Below are positions 1 to 12,070 of a stretch of DNA of 64,000 bases, piece by piece. A model generated the notes under the pieces. The model was not told where the DNA came from, searched no databases, and saw only the letters and a program-made list of their open reading frames with translations. Each line of letters begins with the position of its first letter. The first letter of the stretch is position 1. A program made the position numbers and the translations under genes. This DNA is from Podarcis pityusensis. Its lineage: Eukaryota. Location of the stretch: assembly GCA_964106645.2 (NCBI GenBank), contig OZ067043.1, one strand, 5' to 3'.

Positions 1-1293
1 AAGTGTGGCACTTACTGTAAGAACTTCACAGTGAGTACTGGCAACTATTTTTCTAGGGGGAAAAGCTCTGGTAAAAACCATAAATGATTGTGAGGAATTG
101 TGATATTGAGAGATATAAGTAAATACTGTAGGTTTGGTCATGGGTGTCCCAACACTCCAGTGTGGTTGAAAACAGATCCTTGAAGGAAATTCAAGAACTG
201 AGACTTGGATTGGGTGTCATTGACCTGTGAGCACACGGCTTCTTGTCCTTGGAACTTTGCACAGAGAGATTGCCAGTAGGAGAGAGCTTTAGAATCTACC
301 AAGTAAACACATGATATTTTTAAAAAGTGGGTAGGCCTGTGGAATCACTCATAATGCTTGTTTATATTTTTTAAGGACTTGCCCTGTGATGTGTTGGTCA
401 TCAGTGTGACATGCTGTGGTACCTGCATAGCTTCTGAAGTCACACACACGCACCTCCCTTGGTGAGGGTGGTTACCTTTTTCTCACTCGAAAAGTACAGA
501 GAGCTAAAGGAGGAAGTTGGAAGAGTGCCACTCTTTCCCACTTCTTTCAGTTCTATGTGCTTTTCAAGATTCAGACTAATTCTGCTGGTTCCAGCTTTCG
601 CCCAGATTCCTTGGAAAAGCTAAGTTTGTATGTGTGTGCTTTCTCTCTCTCTCTTTCTGTCTGGGGTGAGGTTGGGATGAGAGAGAAGTGCCCAGAGAGG
701 GAATAATGGGGCGTCAGCACCCTCAAAGATCTACGTGTGCCTGTGGACCTTTAAAGCTTGATGGGCCCTAAATGATTACAGGAGTATTGTCTTTACCATG
801 AGGGTTTATTGCCTGGAAAGGTGTGCATTTGCGGCGTTTTGGTAGCAGTGACAGCACTGAAGCAAAAGACTCCTGCTATCAGGATTGAAACAGGCAAAAG
901 ATGGGCCTTGCTTGACCTGAGAGTGTCCCTTTAATGCTTTATAACTCTGCTAATCTTTAGGTCTTATCTTATCTTTGCACCTCTCCCTCCTATCAAGGAC
1001 TTTCAGATGCTGTTGCCCAGAGGGCTTTAGCAGAGAGAGGCATTCTAGGCCTTATCCACAAAAGCATGTGCTGCTTGTTGAATCAGCGCCACCAAGGCTT
1101 CATCCTTCCTTGTTTTCCAGCTGCCAGTGCATACATGTTAGCTGCAATATTACAGTCACACTTCCTGTTCTTCTGGCAGAGGAGCAAAGCCAAAGTCTGA
1201 CACCTTGCTTGCCGGAGAGCTGGAGGCAGAACCTGTCAGCATTGTGAGTGCAACCATTTGAACCCACCTCTGCATTGTCTTGTCCCCACTGTG

Positions 1294-1343
1294 ATGGATA
1301 AGGACCCTCAATTGCAGTTGCGTGTCTTTGACCTCAATTGCTG
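1294..1343 (+). CDS. SMPD2: SMPD2 coding exon 1 (MDKDPQLQLRVFDLNCW)
   Basis: ATG at 1294, donor TG|gtgagt; possible upstream acceptor at 1179/1180 suggests a non-coding exon further 5'. Confidence 0.9.
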
Positions 1344-4300
1344 GTGAGTTTTTCCATGGCTTTATTTTTTTGTGTTTGTTTAAGACAGGTGAGGTTTGGC
1401 TCTGATCTGCATGACTGCTGGCGAAGGTTCAGTCATGTTTTCTGATCAAGAAGTTGCTGAGTCTTCTGGGTTACAGCAAACACGTTCTTCACCTGTTTGT
1501 TTCCCTGTTTGCAGAGAGGAAATGATGAAGCTCCTGTGTCTGGGGCTGTTTTTATGTAAATAAAACAGGGTATTGGTAAATCTCTCTGTGTGTTCCTGCC
1601 CTTTTCCAACCCAATGATTAAGTGATTTGGCTGAACATGCATCTATGCTTAAATGGAGAGAGAGGGGAATCTTTTTCATGCTGAGGACAAACTTTGGGGG
1701 TGGGGCAGAGACTCAAGTGGGCAGGCCAGAGAAAAAAAGATGGAACAATGCATGTGACCCTTAATTTTGTACCGTGTCCTACATTCTGGCCACACAAAAG
1801 TCAGAGGTTTTACACTGGCATGCTGCGGGAGGGCTGCTTGCCTCGGTGATGAGAGGGGATTTAACCGTTTCCTTCCCTACTGTAGTCCTGATTAAAATTG
1901 CTCCTCCAGGTGTGCTTTTTGCATTGGGAGGAGTGCTTCCTTTAGCTCTCAGTATGATACTGCCTTCTTTACCAGGTGTAAGTAATGAAGGGCTAAGATT
2001 GAAATGAGCAGTGAGCCTAGTTGGAACCTGATGTTTCACTCAGTTTCCTTCCCTTTCTCTCCCCTCCAGGGCCATTCGCTACCTTAGCAAAGTACGGCAG
2101 CAGCGCATTGAATTGATTGGCAATGTCCTCAACCAGGAGGGATATGACTTGGCGCTCTTGCAGGAGGTGAGTACTTACATCTGTTATAGTGCATCTAGTA
2201 TTGGCATAGGTTGTGGGCAGAGCATGGCAAGATCTTGAAGCGCTATACATTGTTGCAGTGTTATATAAACATGGTTAATCAGGGAGGAGGGATACTAGGG
2301 GAAGGGAGGGGTTAGCGCCCCCCCCCCCCACGCCTAGCTTCAACTTAGCCCACTGATTCAATTCCCACTTCTGTTCTTTGGTTTGCAGTCACTGTGACTA
2401 CAACCTCTCTGCTTTTCCAGGTGTGGAGCGAGAGAGATTATTGGGAGCTGAAAAAGAAGCTGTGTGCCCGCTACCCTTCTTCCCACTATTTTAAAAGGTA
2501 AAAAGGAGCTTGAATAGTCCATGCCAATGGCTGAGCTCAATTAGTATAGGCTTGACTTCATAGATGTGAAATTTATATGATTTTTAGAGAGGACCCTCTC
2601 AGACACTGGTAGGAAATCATTTCCACTCTTTAGTTTCTTGAAAGCTCAGAAAGGTTAGCATAAAAGGCCTTGGAATAAGTTGGGTCTTTAGCTGATCAAA
2701 ATAATATTTTCTTGGAAACAGGTGCCTTGTTGTGCAGCAGCCTCACCCCTTGTGACAGATAATTGTTCTTTAATTGCCCTTGTTCCCTTAGCAATCCTTG
2801 CCTTCCAGATGTGGCATGCTGACTGAATAGCCCACAGGTCTATTTTTAAGGCTGTGTTTGTGAAGCAGAGCCCATGGTTGCACACTGGATCACTACATGG
2901 GCAGCATGGTGCAGGACGCATGGGTCGGATGCATGTTGGCATATACCTGGTGTGAAACCTGCAGACCAACCTGTGAAACCAACCTTCATCTGTAGGGGAC
3001 ACAGCTTGGAACACAGGGAATCTCAATAAATTTTTGTGACATTAGTTAATCTGAGTTTTACAGACTCGCCTTGTACAGGCCACTTGATTATAGATGGTTA
3101 CCAAACCTTATGGTTCACTTATTTGGCAGACATGGCATTAAACTCTTCTTAAATGTACATTTTGGTGGGAACCTGTGACTTGACCTTGCGTGCTGTTACA
3201 GAAGCTAATAATGGTGAAGCAGCATCCCTTTTCAGTCTTGACTCTGTCACGGTGTCAGAAGACTTCGCTTCATCCCTAGAACCAGGAATAATTCCAAGGA
3301 GTCCCAAATGCCAGCCCTTTTCTGTAAACTCTAGCTATTGATTTCAAATGGAGGATGGGAACAGCGAGGATTGGTGATGCCCCCCCCCCCCCGCCTCTAG
3401 CTGACGCCTGTGGTGCCTGTATCTTTCACAGTGGAGTGATTGGCAGTGGGCTCTGCATCTTCTCCAGATACCAAATCCTGGACACCTTCCTGTACCAATA
3501 CTCTGTGAATGGCTACCCCTACATGGTGAGTGGGCAATGCCTTGCTTGGGGTTGGGGAACGTGCCAAAGAGCATCTTTCTTCTAAGGCTCTTTTCACTGT
3601 GACCAGCATTGCCTATGTTTCTTCTACTGTCTTCCACTTTCTTCTCTCTTCAGTTCCAGCACGGAGACTGGTTTGGTGGTAAATCAGTGGGGCTTGTAGT
3701 CCTGAAGATACAGGAGATTGTTTTCAACATCTATGTGACTCATGTGAGCAGTTTTATTTATTTTGTTGTATTTTTTTAATTTGTTACAAACTTATTCAAC
3801 TCCTGGAGCAAGATTACAGAGATCATCTGTGTGTGTGTGTGTGTGTGTGCGCGCGCGCGCGCGCGCATGTCTAGATGAGAGTAGGATTTACATGAGGAAC
3901 ACAGGATAGCACTTCAGAATTGCTGAGATTGCTGAATGAATCCTGTGATTACAGTCATACCTTGGTTTTCGAACAGCTTAGTTCTCGCAAGTTTTCGCTC
4001 CCGAACACTGCAAAACTGGAAGTGACTGTTCCGGTTTGTGAACTATTTTTGGAAGCTGAACATCTGACGGGGCTTCCGATTGGCTGCAGGAGCTTCCTGC
4101 AGCCAATCAGAAGGCGCGCTTTGGTTGTCGAATGTTTTGGAAGTCAAATGGACTTCCAGAATGGATTCCATTCGACTTCCAAGGTGGGACTGTACTGGCT
4201 TGGACTTCACAAGTGATACTTGTTGTTTTTACAGCCTATTTGCCAGCAGGGGGTGTCCATGAACAGCCAAGGCTTTTTATTTTCTTGGGTGGCACCTTCT

Positions 4301-7300
4301 TAAAAATGAACAAGACACACAGCCTTTTAAAGAAGGATTTTTTCTGTGTTCTCTCAAATGTATGCATCATTAGAAAGCTGCTGTTCATTCTTATCCCAAG
4401 GTACAATAAATGCAAGCCACATTGCATAGATGAATAGAAGCTGCCTGTTAAAGGATTAGGTGGTTAAAGGATTATGTATCAATTCTGTCATTTGTATTGA
4501 TGTAAACCTCTAGAACGTATTTTGTATAGCTAAGCATTTAGCTTTATCCTCAGCATATTGTATTTTATTTTATTGCTATGGCTAGTAGGTAATGCAAATA
4601 AAATTTCTGTGTAATGCCAGGCAAGCAGTGAGTGCAGTCCCAAAGATCAATAAACTAACTTCTGCTTGTGGGACTGTCTCTAAATTATCTTAGCGTTGAG
4701 GAGGAATAGAAAGCCGGCACAATGAAATGGGTGAGAGAAACTCCCACAGGAGGCAGCCTTAATGAGCAGTATGATTTCATAAGCTTGGTACTAACACAGG
4801 AGCGTCAGTGTTGCCTAGTCCGCTGAAGCCCGAAAGCTACATGTGGAAATATTTTTTAGGTCTACTTACACTTGGCCATGCTGGGAGTTGTAGTGTAACG
4901 ACATCTTGAGATCATTCCTTTGGTGAAGCCTGGGTTACACGATCGGAGGATATTATTCTGGGGCACCTTTTGGGAGATAACAAACCCTGCCTACAGAAAC
5001 AAGGGACTTCACGGTAGTTTGTCCATTCACACAACCAGCATTTCAGACGCAACTGTGGTTGGTATTAATGCGAATAAGCTTTGGAATCGCAAGCTCCTGT
5101 CTTCTTCTCTGGCATAGTCACAAAGAGGAGATAGAAGCTTTTGCTTCTATTTTCAGCTAACTGTGGCTCCTTGTTATGCAGTTACTTGGGCAAACACTGG
5201 TAGCAAGGATGGAGAACCTGCATCCCTCCCGATGCTGGTGAACTCCACTAGCCCTAGCCAGAATAGACAATAGTCAGGGGCGGTGAGAGCTATAGCCCAC
5301 CAGCATTTGGTGGGGGTCACAGGTTCCCCATCCCTGGTCCAAGGACTCAAGTCAACTTCAATCTGTAGTCTAGTTTCTCTATAACATTGTTAAGATTAAC
5401 CACAGTTCCAACGTTTGGGCTTAACAATAATGCATGGTTAGTTGAAAGTGGAAGCAGGAGCTTGTGATCTTGCTGGAGCAGAAGAAGAATGCATACGCAA
5501 GCCCAAGATTTATACTAGTAATGCGAAACAGTAGTTTAGCGTCATATCTGTACCAGATGGTACTCTTTGCTGACAGTCTTGGATCATCCGTAGGTCCTTG
5601 TGTGTCTCTGAAACTGTGAAATCCCACTGCCTTATAGAATTCCTACCTTGTTGCTTTTGATCTCTGCCACAGGCTCCCCGATCAGCTTAAAGTGGGGCAG
5701 CAAGGCGAGTACATAGGCTGTTGCTTTGCGATTTCACATACATTACTATACAAGTGTGAATTTCATGTGTGTCTTGTTTTCTTCCTCCCAAGCTCCATGC
5801 GGAGTACTGCCGGGAGAAGGATGCTTACCTGCCCCACCGAGTAGTTCAGGCCTGGGAACTTGCCCAGTTTATACAGTAAGTCATGGGGAGACTCCAGAAA
5901 TCTTTATAATGAGGTTTGTGTGCGCACACTTTGTCCCTCTCTCTGTTAGCTGGTTTCCCTCCTTGGCAGTAGTTCAGAGCTCTGGCTTGGAACATACTCA
6001 GTCCATGTAATGCTATCGCTCCAGCAACAGAATGAATGTGTGGATAGGGAGAGAGGATGCAGCCATGGTTTTGGGTGTGTAGTAGAATTCAAGTCTAACA
6101 CGGATTAGATCTCTCATGACGAAAAACATCCTTGTATCATTGAGGGCTGCTTGTTTCCTCTCAGTCTGTGGCATCTTCTCATCTTCCCAGACATACTTCG
6201 AAAGGAGCCGATGTGGTGCTGCTTGGTGGGGATCTGAACATGCACCCGGAAGACGTGGGCATCAGGCTGTTGCGAGGTTGGGCAGGGCTTCGGGACTCCT
6301 TCATTGCCGCAGAGAAGGTTGAGGTGAGTCTCCAGGTACCGCCCTATGAAATGGTCCTTTGGTCACTCAGTAAAAGGAAAAGAAAGTTACCCTTGGGGCC
6401 TGGAAACTATAACCTTATCTTTATTGGGGTAAGAATGTCAAGAGATAGGTTACACCAACCAGATTAAAGGTGCCTCTTCCATCCACACGGCTCTCTCTCT
6501 TTTGCCTTCCTGAAAGCTCCGGGCTCTGCAGGCTGCACTGTCAGCCAGACTCAGTTGGCAGCTTCTTCCACAACACAGCTTGCTGCAGATGCTCTAGCAT
6601 CTTTTATTAGAAGGGTGGGAAACTTCAGGCCCAGTGATCAAAAGTGACCCTCCAGGCCTCCCTATCTGGCTCCAGGCCACACTGGAATGTGTCCTTCAAC
6701 TCTGATAATGCACATTGCTTGTCTTGATAGAGATTATGTGAGAGTGTGTGTAGAAATAAGCCTACGGTACGCAAATGTGCATTAGGTATTCCGTCTGCTT
6801 TTGTCCCTGGCCCCACCCACTACTGGCATATGGCCCTTGAAACATTGCCCAGGAGGAATTGCAGCCCTCAGGCTGAAAAAGTTCCCCCACTTCTGGTTTT
6901 TTTAGAACTGAGAATTCAGACTCTGGTCTTGCTCCTAGGGAGGTGAGGATGGCTCTACGCTCTTGCCCACCAACTGCTTCACAAGCAAGAAAGAACTGCG
7001 GTGCTATCCCCAGGGGATTCGTATCGACTACATTCTGTATAAGGTATGTGCAAGTTCAACACATAGAAAGCAGACTGCGACAGTACAGAGTTCAGAAAGC
7101 AGTTAAGCAATAAAGGCTGTCAAATATGGTTTGACACTAGCCCCATGACAGGTCTGTCTCCTGTCAGTATCTTCAGTCTGGAATGTCTTCTTTGTCCAAT
7201 AGTCTCCAAAACTATGTGCTCACAGACTGGTATGGCCTCAGGCAACCTCTTGGCACCGGGTTGAACTCACTTGCTTGATTTCCTGCTGTTGTTGTCTTTG

Positions 7301-9008
7301 GGCATGTTCTCTGTAACAGCTGGGACTGGCTTTTCAAGATATGAGGATAACACTTAAAGCTTTAGAGCCAAAATGAGCAAAGCACTAAGCACACTTCTGC
7401 AAGAACTTGCTGCATTTGGGGAATTAGATTAGCTTGCACTGCTTGATCACTTCCTGAACTTTGTAAACATATGGGCACTACTTGGATCACAGCTGTTGCT
7501 CCTTCCTGTTCTAACACAGGGGCATGGAAAGTTGCCCAAGATATCCAGCCTTTCCTGTAAGAGGGGAACTACATTTGTAATTAATTCCTCGGTTTGAGGT
7601 GGACGTTTGTGAGAACCGTGGCCCTATGTTGATTTTGGGGAGAATTCAGAAGAGGGTAGCAAATATGGTTAAAGGTCACATCATTGAGAAAAGGTGAAAA
7701 GAACTGAGCACATCTATTACCCATAAGAAAATCAGATTGACGTTGAGCCTGAAAATAATCTTCAGTCTGTATTAAGATCTTACCCCAAAGCTGATGGCAA
7801 GAATGCGCCTGTTGCCAAACACTGTAGATGTCGGGCAATGGATTTTAAATGGCAAAAGTTTAGATTTAAGATGAATTTGCTGAAAGAACAAGCCACGGGA
7901 GCAAGTTGCCCGAAGACATTGCTGAATAGTTTTCCTTGGAGTTGCATGGTCAAATAAGCACATGATAGAACAGACATAGGAATTCTTTAGCGGATCCTTG
8001 AGGACACTTCCAAATTACTTCTGCCATTCAAAGAGGACTCTAATAAGAAGTTAGCTCCCCACCCTCTTCACCTGTAGTCCACAGCCTAGAATTTCTGGGA
8101 GCCTTACTTATTTAAAACACATGTGCATAATAAGCACCTTGCTCTCCTGCTTAACTTCCCTTCTTGTAGGGTTTGTCTCACTATGAAGTAAAATGCAACC
8201 GCCATGAGACAACTACTGGAACAGCTCCCAACAAGGACATACCCTATTCTGACCATGAAGCTGTCATAGCCACACTATCTGTGAACAAGAGAGGGTTAGG
8301 CAAAGGCCCAAACCACCCTAGAGTTGGTGAGTACCCCAGTTTCATTGCTTTGGCACAGGAGGGAGCAAGTACTCGTGCCTTTGGGAAGAGGGGAGGGATG
8401 GCAAAGCCTGCCTGGTCCATGCCCAGTGGTGCTCCTTCAAGGCCTGTTATCGCCCATTGGAGAGAAGAATGTGGCTGTTGTGCTAGGGCCCTGGCTTCTC
8501 TGCAGGCATGCACTACCATAGTCAAGAAGCCAGTATCTCTGCATAAAGTAGCAGTCTTGGCCTGCCTCTCCAGACCACTGAGTGGGCTTGGACACAAACG
8601 TGTTAGGACTTTTACTGCCTCAACATGCATTGTGGTTGAGTCCTGCTGCCGTCTGTCTTCCTAGAACCGGTGCTGGTGGACGTCTTGAACGAGGCCCGTA
8701 TGGAAGTGCGGGTAGGGCTGCACGCGGCCGAGCGGCAGCAGTACTCCTGCGGCCGCATGGCCGTCCTGGCCATGCTGCTGCTGCTCATGCAGGCGACCAT
8801 GGGGCTGAGCTCCATGTTTGGCGAAGCCCTCCTGCAGCCCTTCCCCAAGTTCTCCTTCTCGCTGCTGAGCCTGCTGGGGGTGCTGGTGTTGCTCATCTCG
8901 GCTGTGCTCTACCTCTTCCACACCATCGAGGTCAAGGTGCTCCAGGGGACAGAGGAGCAGATGCGGGTGGGGCTGCAGACACTCCAGGACAAGTTGAGCT
9001 CTCGGTGA
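1294..9008 (+). CDS. SMPD2: Sphingomyelin phosphodiesterase 2 (neutral sphingomyelinase 1), spliced CDS, 10 coding exons, 409 aa
   Basis: Exons 1294-1343, 2070-2166, 2421-2497, 3432-3525, 3654-3743, 5793-5875, 6191-6323, 6939-7043, 8170-8326, 8665-9008. All GT-AG and phase-compatible, total 1230 nt. EEP/DNase-I-fold motifs LNCW, LQEVW, GSGL, HGDWFGGK, THLHA, GGDLN, RIDY, SDH, plus two C-terminal hydrophobic helices. Confidence 0.96.
2070..2166 (+). CDS. SMPD2: SMPD2 coding exon 2 (AIRYLSK...DLALLQE)
   Basis: ctccag| acceptor, |gtgagt donor, metal-binding LQE. Confidence 0.95.
2421..2497 (+). CDS. SMPD2: SMPD2 coding exon 3 (VWSERDY...HYFK)
   Basis: ttccag| acceptor, |gtaaaa donor. Confidence 0.95.
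3432..3525 (+). CDS. SMPD2: SMPD2 coding exon 4 (GVIGSGLCIFS...NGYPYM)
   Basis: tcacag| acceptor, |gtgagt donor. Confidence 0.95.
3654..3743 (+). CDS. SMPD2: SMPD2 coding exon 5 (FQHGDWFGGK...YVTH)
   Basis: cttcag| acceptor, |gtgagc donor. Confidence 0.95.
3828..3870. repeat. (TG)n(CG)n compound microsatellite
   Basis: 43 bp of unbroken purine-pyrimidine alternation. Confidence 0.9.
3952..4192. mobile_element. Tc1/mariner-type MITE
   Basis: TA|cagtcataccttgg ... ccaaggtgggactg|TA. Confidence 0.8.
5793..5875 (+). CDS. SMPD2: SMPD2 coding exon 6 (LHAEY...LAQFI)
   Basis: cccaag| acceptor, |gtaagt donor. Confidence 0.95.
6191..6323 (+). CDS. SMPD2: SMPD2 coding exon 7 (HTSKGAD...GGDLNMHP...KVE)
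   Basis: tcccag| acceptor, |gtgagt donor. Confidence 0.95.
6939..7043 (+). CDS. SMPD2: SMPD2 coding exon 8 (GGEDGST...GIRIDYILYK)
   Basis: tcctag| acceptor, |gtatgt donor. Confidence 0.95.
7620..8020 (+). mobile_element. Heavily decayed CR1 3' fragment
   Basis: gagaattcagaagagggtagcaaatatggttaaagg...aatggattttaaat...gatccttgaggacacttccaa, in CR1 order. Confidence 0.5.
8170..8326 (+). CDS. SMPD2: SMPD2 coding exon 9 (contains catalytic SDH)
   Basis: ttgtag| acceptor, |gtgagt donor, PYSDHEA. Confidence 0.93.
8665..9008 (+). CDS. SMPD2: SMPD2 terminal coding exon (two TM helices)
   Basis: tcctag| acceptor, TGA 9006-9008, hydrophobic segments. Confidence 0.93.
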
Positions 9009-9453
9009 GGCCTGTCGCTTGCTGGAACTCCAACAGGGACCAAGAGACTATGCTGAAAGCTTTTCCGGGAGCCGTAAGTTCCTCTGTGCCGCAGGTTCTA
9101 AGGGTTAGCCATTTTTTAAGCACGTGGCAGCAATTGCCGTAGAAGTTTTTTATTATTATTTTTAGCTTAATTCTAGGGCAATAAAACTTTCTACGAATAG
9201 TTCTGACCTTCTGCTGAAGGGATTCTAGCACAAGTACGATTTGTGCAGAAGGGAATTTTGAAACGAAAGCAGTTCAAGTGCATGCGGTTCAGCTGTGGCT
9301 GTTTAGAAACCAGCATTTATCAAACCAAACCATGCTGTTCCGACCAAGTCGGGTGGCTGAATTAGTACTGTAAAAGTCTGGTGTTAAGCAGACGAGTTAA
9401 AATGTGTATAGCGTTTCTAGTTTATACAAAGTTCCTTTTTGAATTGAAAACAG

Positions 9454-9459
9454 AATAAA
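9454..9459 (+). terminator. Candidate SMPD2 polyadenylation signal (a second AATAAA at 9180-9185)
   Basis: AATAAA hexamers downstream of the stop codon. Confidence 0.45.
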
Positions 9460-10660
9460 TCAGTCTTCAAATACAACAGAGCAGAAAGTAGCATTTACTG
9501 GTGAAATTCTTTTCCTTGAAACCCTTTTTATTAATTGCTTGCTTAGCACTTGAATGTACCAAAATCCTTTCACTGACATCATACTTCCTGCAGCTCTTGT
9601 GAAGTAGATCACTGTTGTTTGCATTTCTTTGGAGTGTGTGGGGGGGGGGGGGAGTGATGCTAAAGGGCTTGCCACAGTCCAGCCAGCAAGCTTAAGGCTG
9701 GTGTGGCTGCTTCCTAACAAGTCAAACCATTAAACCATGCAGGCCTCCAGGGTCTCAGGCAGGGGGCATTTTCCCAGCTGTCTTGCCTAAGATCCTGGGA
9801 ATCTGCAGATGCCAGTCTCAGCCTGTGACCTGCATGCAAAAGACATGTTACGCCACTGAGCATTTTTGGCTCTCGGCTAAGGAGCTAGCCTTCAGCACAG
9901 TTCTTAGTAGCCTATTATGTAATTGTTGAGTCTTTTAAAAAATCTCTTAAATACTCTTCTTCTGTTGGAAAAGCCCTCCTTTGACACCAGCGGCAACCTG
10001 TAGAGCTGGGATTAGCAGTCTTCAGGCTGAATTTCACCCTTTTAGCGCCTTAAAACATCTTGGGAGAGATGGAGACCTATATGCAATTGAGACCAGGAAT
10101 CCTACCTTTGGTATGTAGATATATTTTTCTTACCATGGATGACCCCCATCCTACCACCCCATGCCCCTCTTCATTGTGCCAAGCTGACAAAAAGTACTTC
10201 TCATCTAGCAGGAAGAAATGTGTTTGGTGTGTTACTGAAGACGTAGTTGTCAACCACGGTTACATTGAGAACATTGTGAGAGGCTGCATGCAAATAGCCC
10301 AGATAGCAGACAGGTCTGTGAAAGCATGTAGGTAATCATGTCCAGCCTAGAACAGCATCCTTTTGATGCATGTGAGTATTTGTTTAATAAGCTTAACCGG
10401 TAGCCTACTCTTCCTCAAAGGGTTCAGAGCAGCTTTCATTGAGGTTTCTCCCATCTGGGCACATTACCTGCGTATCTTTCATTATGTGCCCTTCCATGCT
10501 GTTTAGTGAGAGAAAGGCAGGGATCACAGTTGTCTTCTCAAAAAGTTTAGTAGAGCCCAAGAAAACTTCAGAAGATACCTGTGGGATATTTTTTTTTCTT
10601 GTGTTAAATTAGCTTGGGTGAGAAAAGGCAGGACAACACTTCCAGCTCACTCCATGCATC

Positions 10661-10666
10661 TTTATT
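10661..10666 (-). terminator. Candidate MICAL1 polyadenylation signal
   Basis: tttatt on + = AATAAA on -, about 1.25 kb after the MICAL1 stop; others at 10858 and 9527. Confidence 0.45.
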
Positions 10667-11906
10667 GAAAGAGGAGCACACAGCCCGTAAAAAGAGCTGT
10701 GGCTTAACAGCAGTTCAGGCATGGCAACCTTCTGGTTCTAACAGGTAGCCATCTCCTCAGCCACAGAGGTCTGACCCTCGTTCTGTAAAGGGGCTTGCTG
10801 CAGGAGCAGTTTGTGGTGATGAAAAAGCGCCCCTAATTCTTCTCTAGTGGCTGTTCTTTTATTGCTTTGGGATACTATATTCAGACCACACCTGTGTGGT
10901 TTTATAGCTGGCAATCCATTACACATGTGAGTGGCAAAGATGCCTAACCAGATACTGTGTGACAGGATCACACTTCTCCAGGGGCCGTGCTGCTTTTTAT
11001 TATAATTCCTGGCAGGCTGCATGCAGCCTTGCTCATTCAACTGACAGGTCTGTGCCCCCTCCCTAGTAATACCCTGTAAACTGTTTATATTAGAAAGGCC
11101 TTGCTGTTGTTGTTGGGACTCCCAACTCCCTTCAGATCCAGCCAATCAGGGATTATAGGAGTTGTAGTCCCAACAACACTGGGTGGGGGGCACAGGTTCC
11201 CTACACCTGGTTTATATATTAAATTATTTAGCATTTATGCCCCTCCAAATATCTCATGCTAGTTTGGGAGTGGGAGGTGCAAGTAATATTGCCCTGCTGG
11301 AGCTTGGGTGAAGGCAGAAATGCTCACTTGCACAGCAGCAGCCCCCTACTACCCAAGTGGCAAACATTGCAGCTGCCTGAAGTGGCATGAAAGAGGAGCT
11401 GTCCTGGTAAGCGGGGCCTTTTTCATAGGGGAGAATGCAGGCTGTTACAGATAGTTACATGTGCAATATTGTCTCCCTGTAGCCAGTGTAAAGAAGAATT
11501 TGGAGGACAATCTTAAGACACACTATAATGAAATCACTTATTGGCAAAAAGAATAAAATAAAAAAGGCATATTTCCAGTCTTACTACTTAAAAACACTCG
11601 CATCAAGGTCAGGCTTATTCTCCTTACACCTAATAGCAGCTACCAAACACTAATCTGCGGGGGGGGGGGGGGGCAAGGGACTCAATCCCAGGCAGCGGAC
11701 CTAGGCTGCTAATGAACGAACTCCCTGAAGTGCCTGATGCTTACAGCACAGAGCTGCAGCCAGCCCCTTGGCCTTCATTATTCCTGGGGTGCCTCGGACA
11801 GATCTTTGCTGAAGATCAACCAGTCCTCTGCAGATACGTGTTAAAACGGAACTTGTGTTAAAATGTAGCTTTTGCACGAAGACAAAAGCTTCAATATAGC
11901 CAACTC

Positions 11907-12070
11907 TCAAATCTTCCCAAGGTCCCCAAATGCTGGTGCGTGCTCGTAAAGCTCACTTAGACGCTTCTCCTCCTGCATCTCAATTAGGGCACTGCGCTGG
12001 TTCACAACCTCCAGCAGCTGGGACAGGATCTCCTTCTCTTTCAGCTGGTCCTCTAGGGTTTTTGAAGTCT
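11907..12070 (-). CDS. MICAL1: MICAL1 terminal coding exon (...[12 protein letters not shown]...EEKRLSE...KI*)
   Basis: ttaaag| acceptor, TGA at 11909-11907. Confidence 0.92.

Noticed and set aside
8582-9142. 186-aa alternative-frame ORF and antisense ORFs over the SMPD2 last exon
   Set aside because: Expected by-product of a GC-rich, stop-poor coding exon
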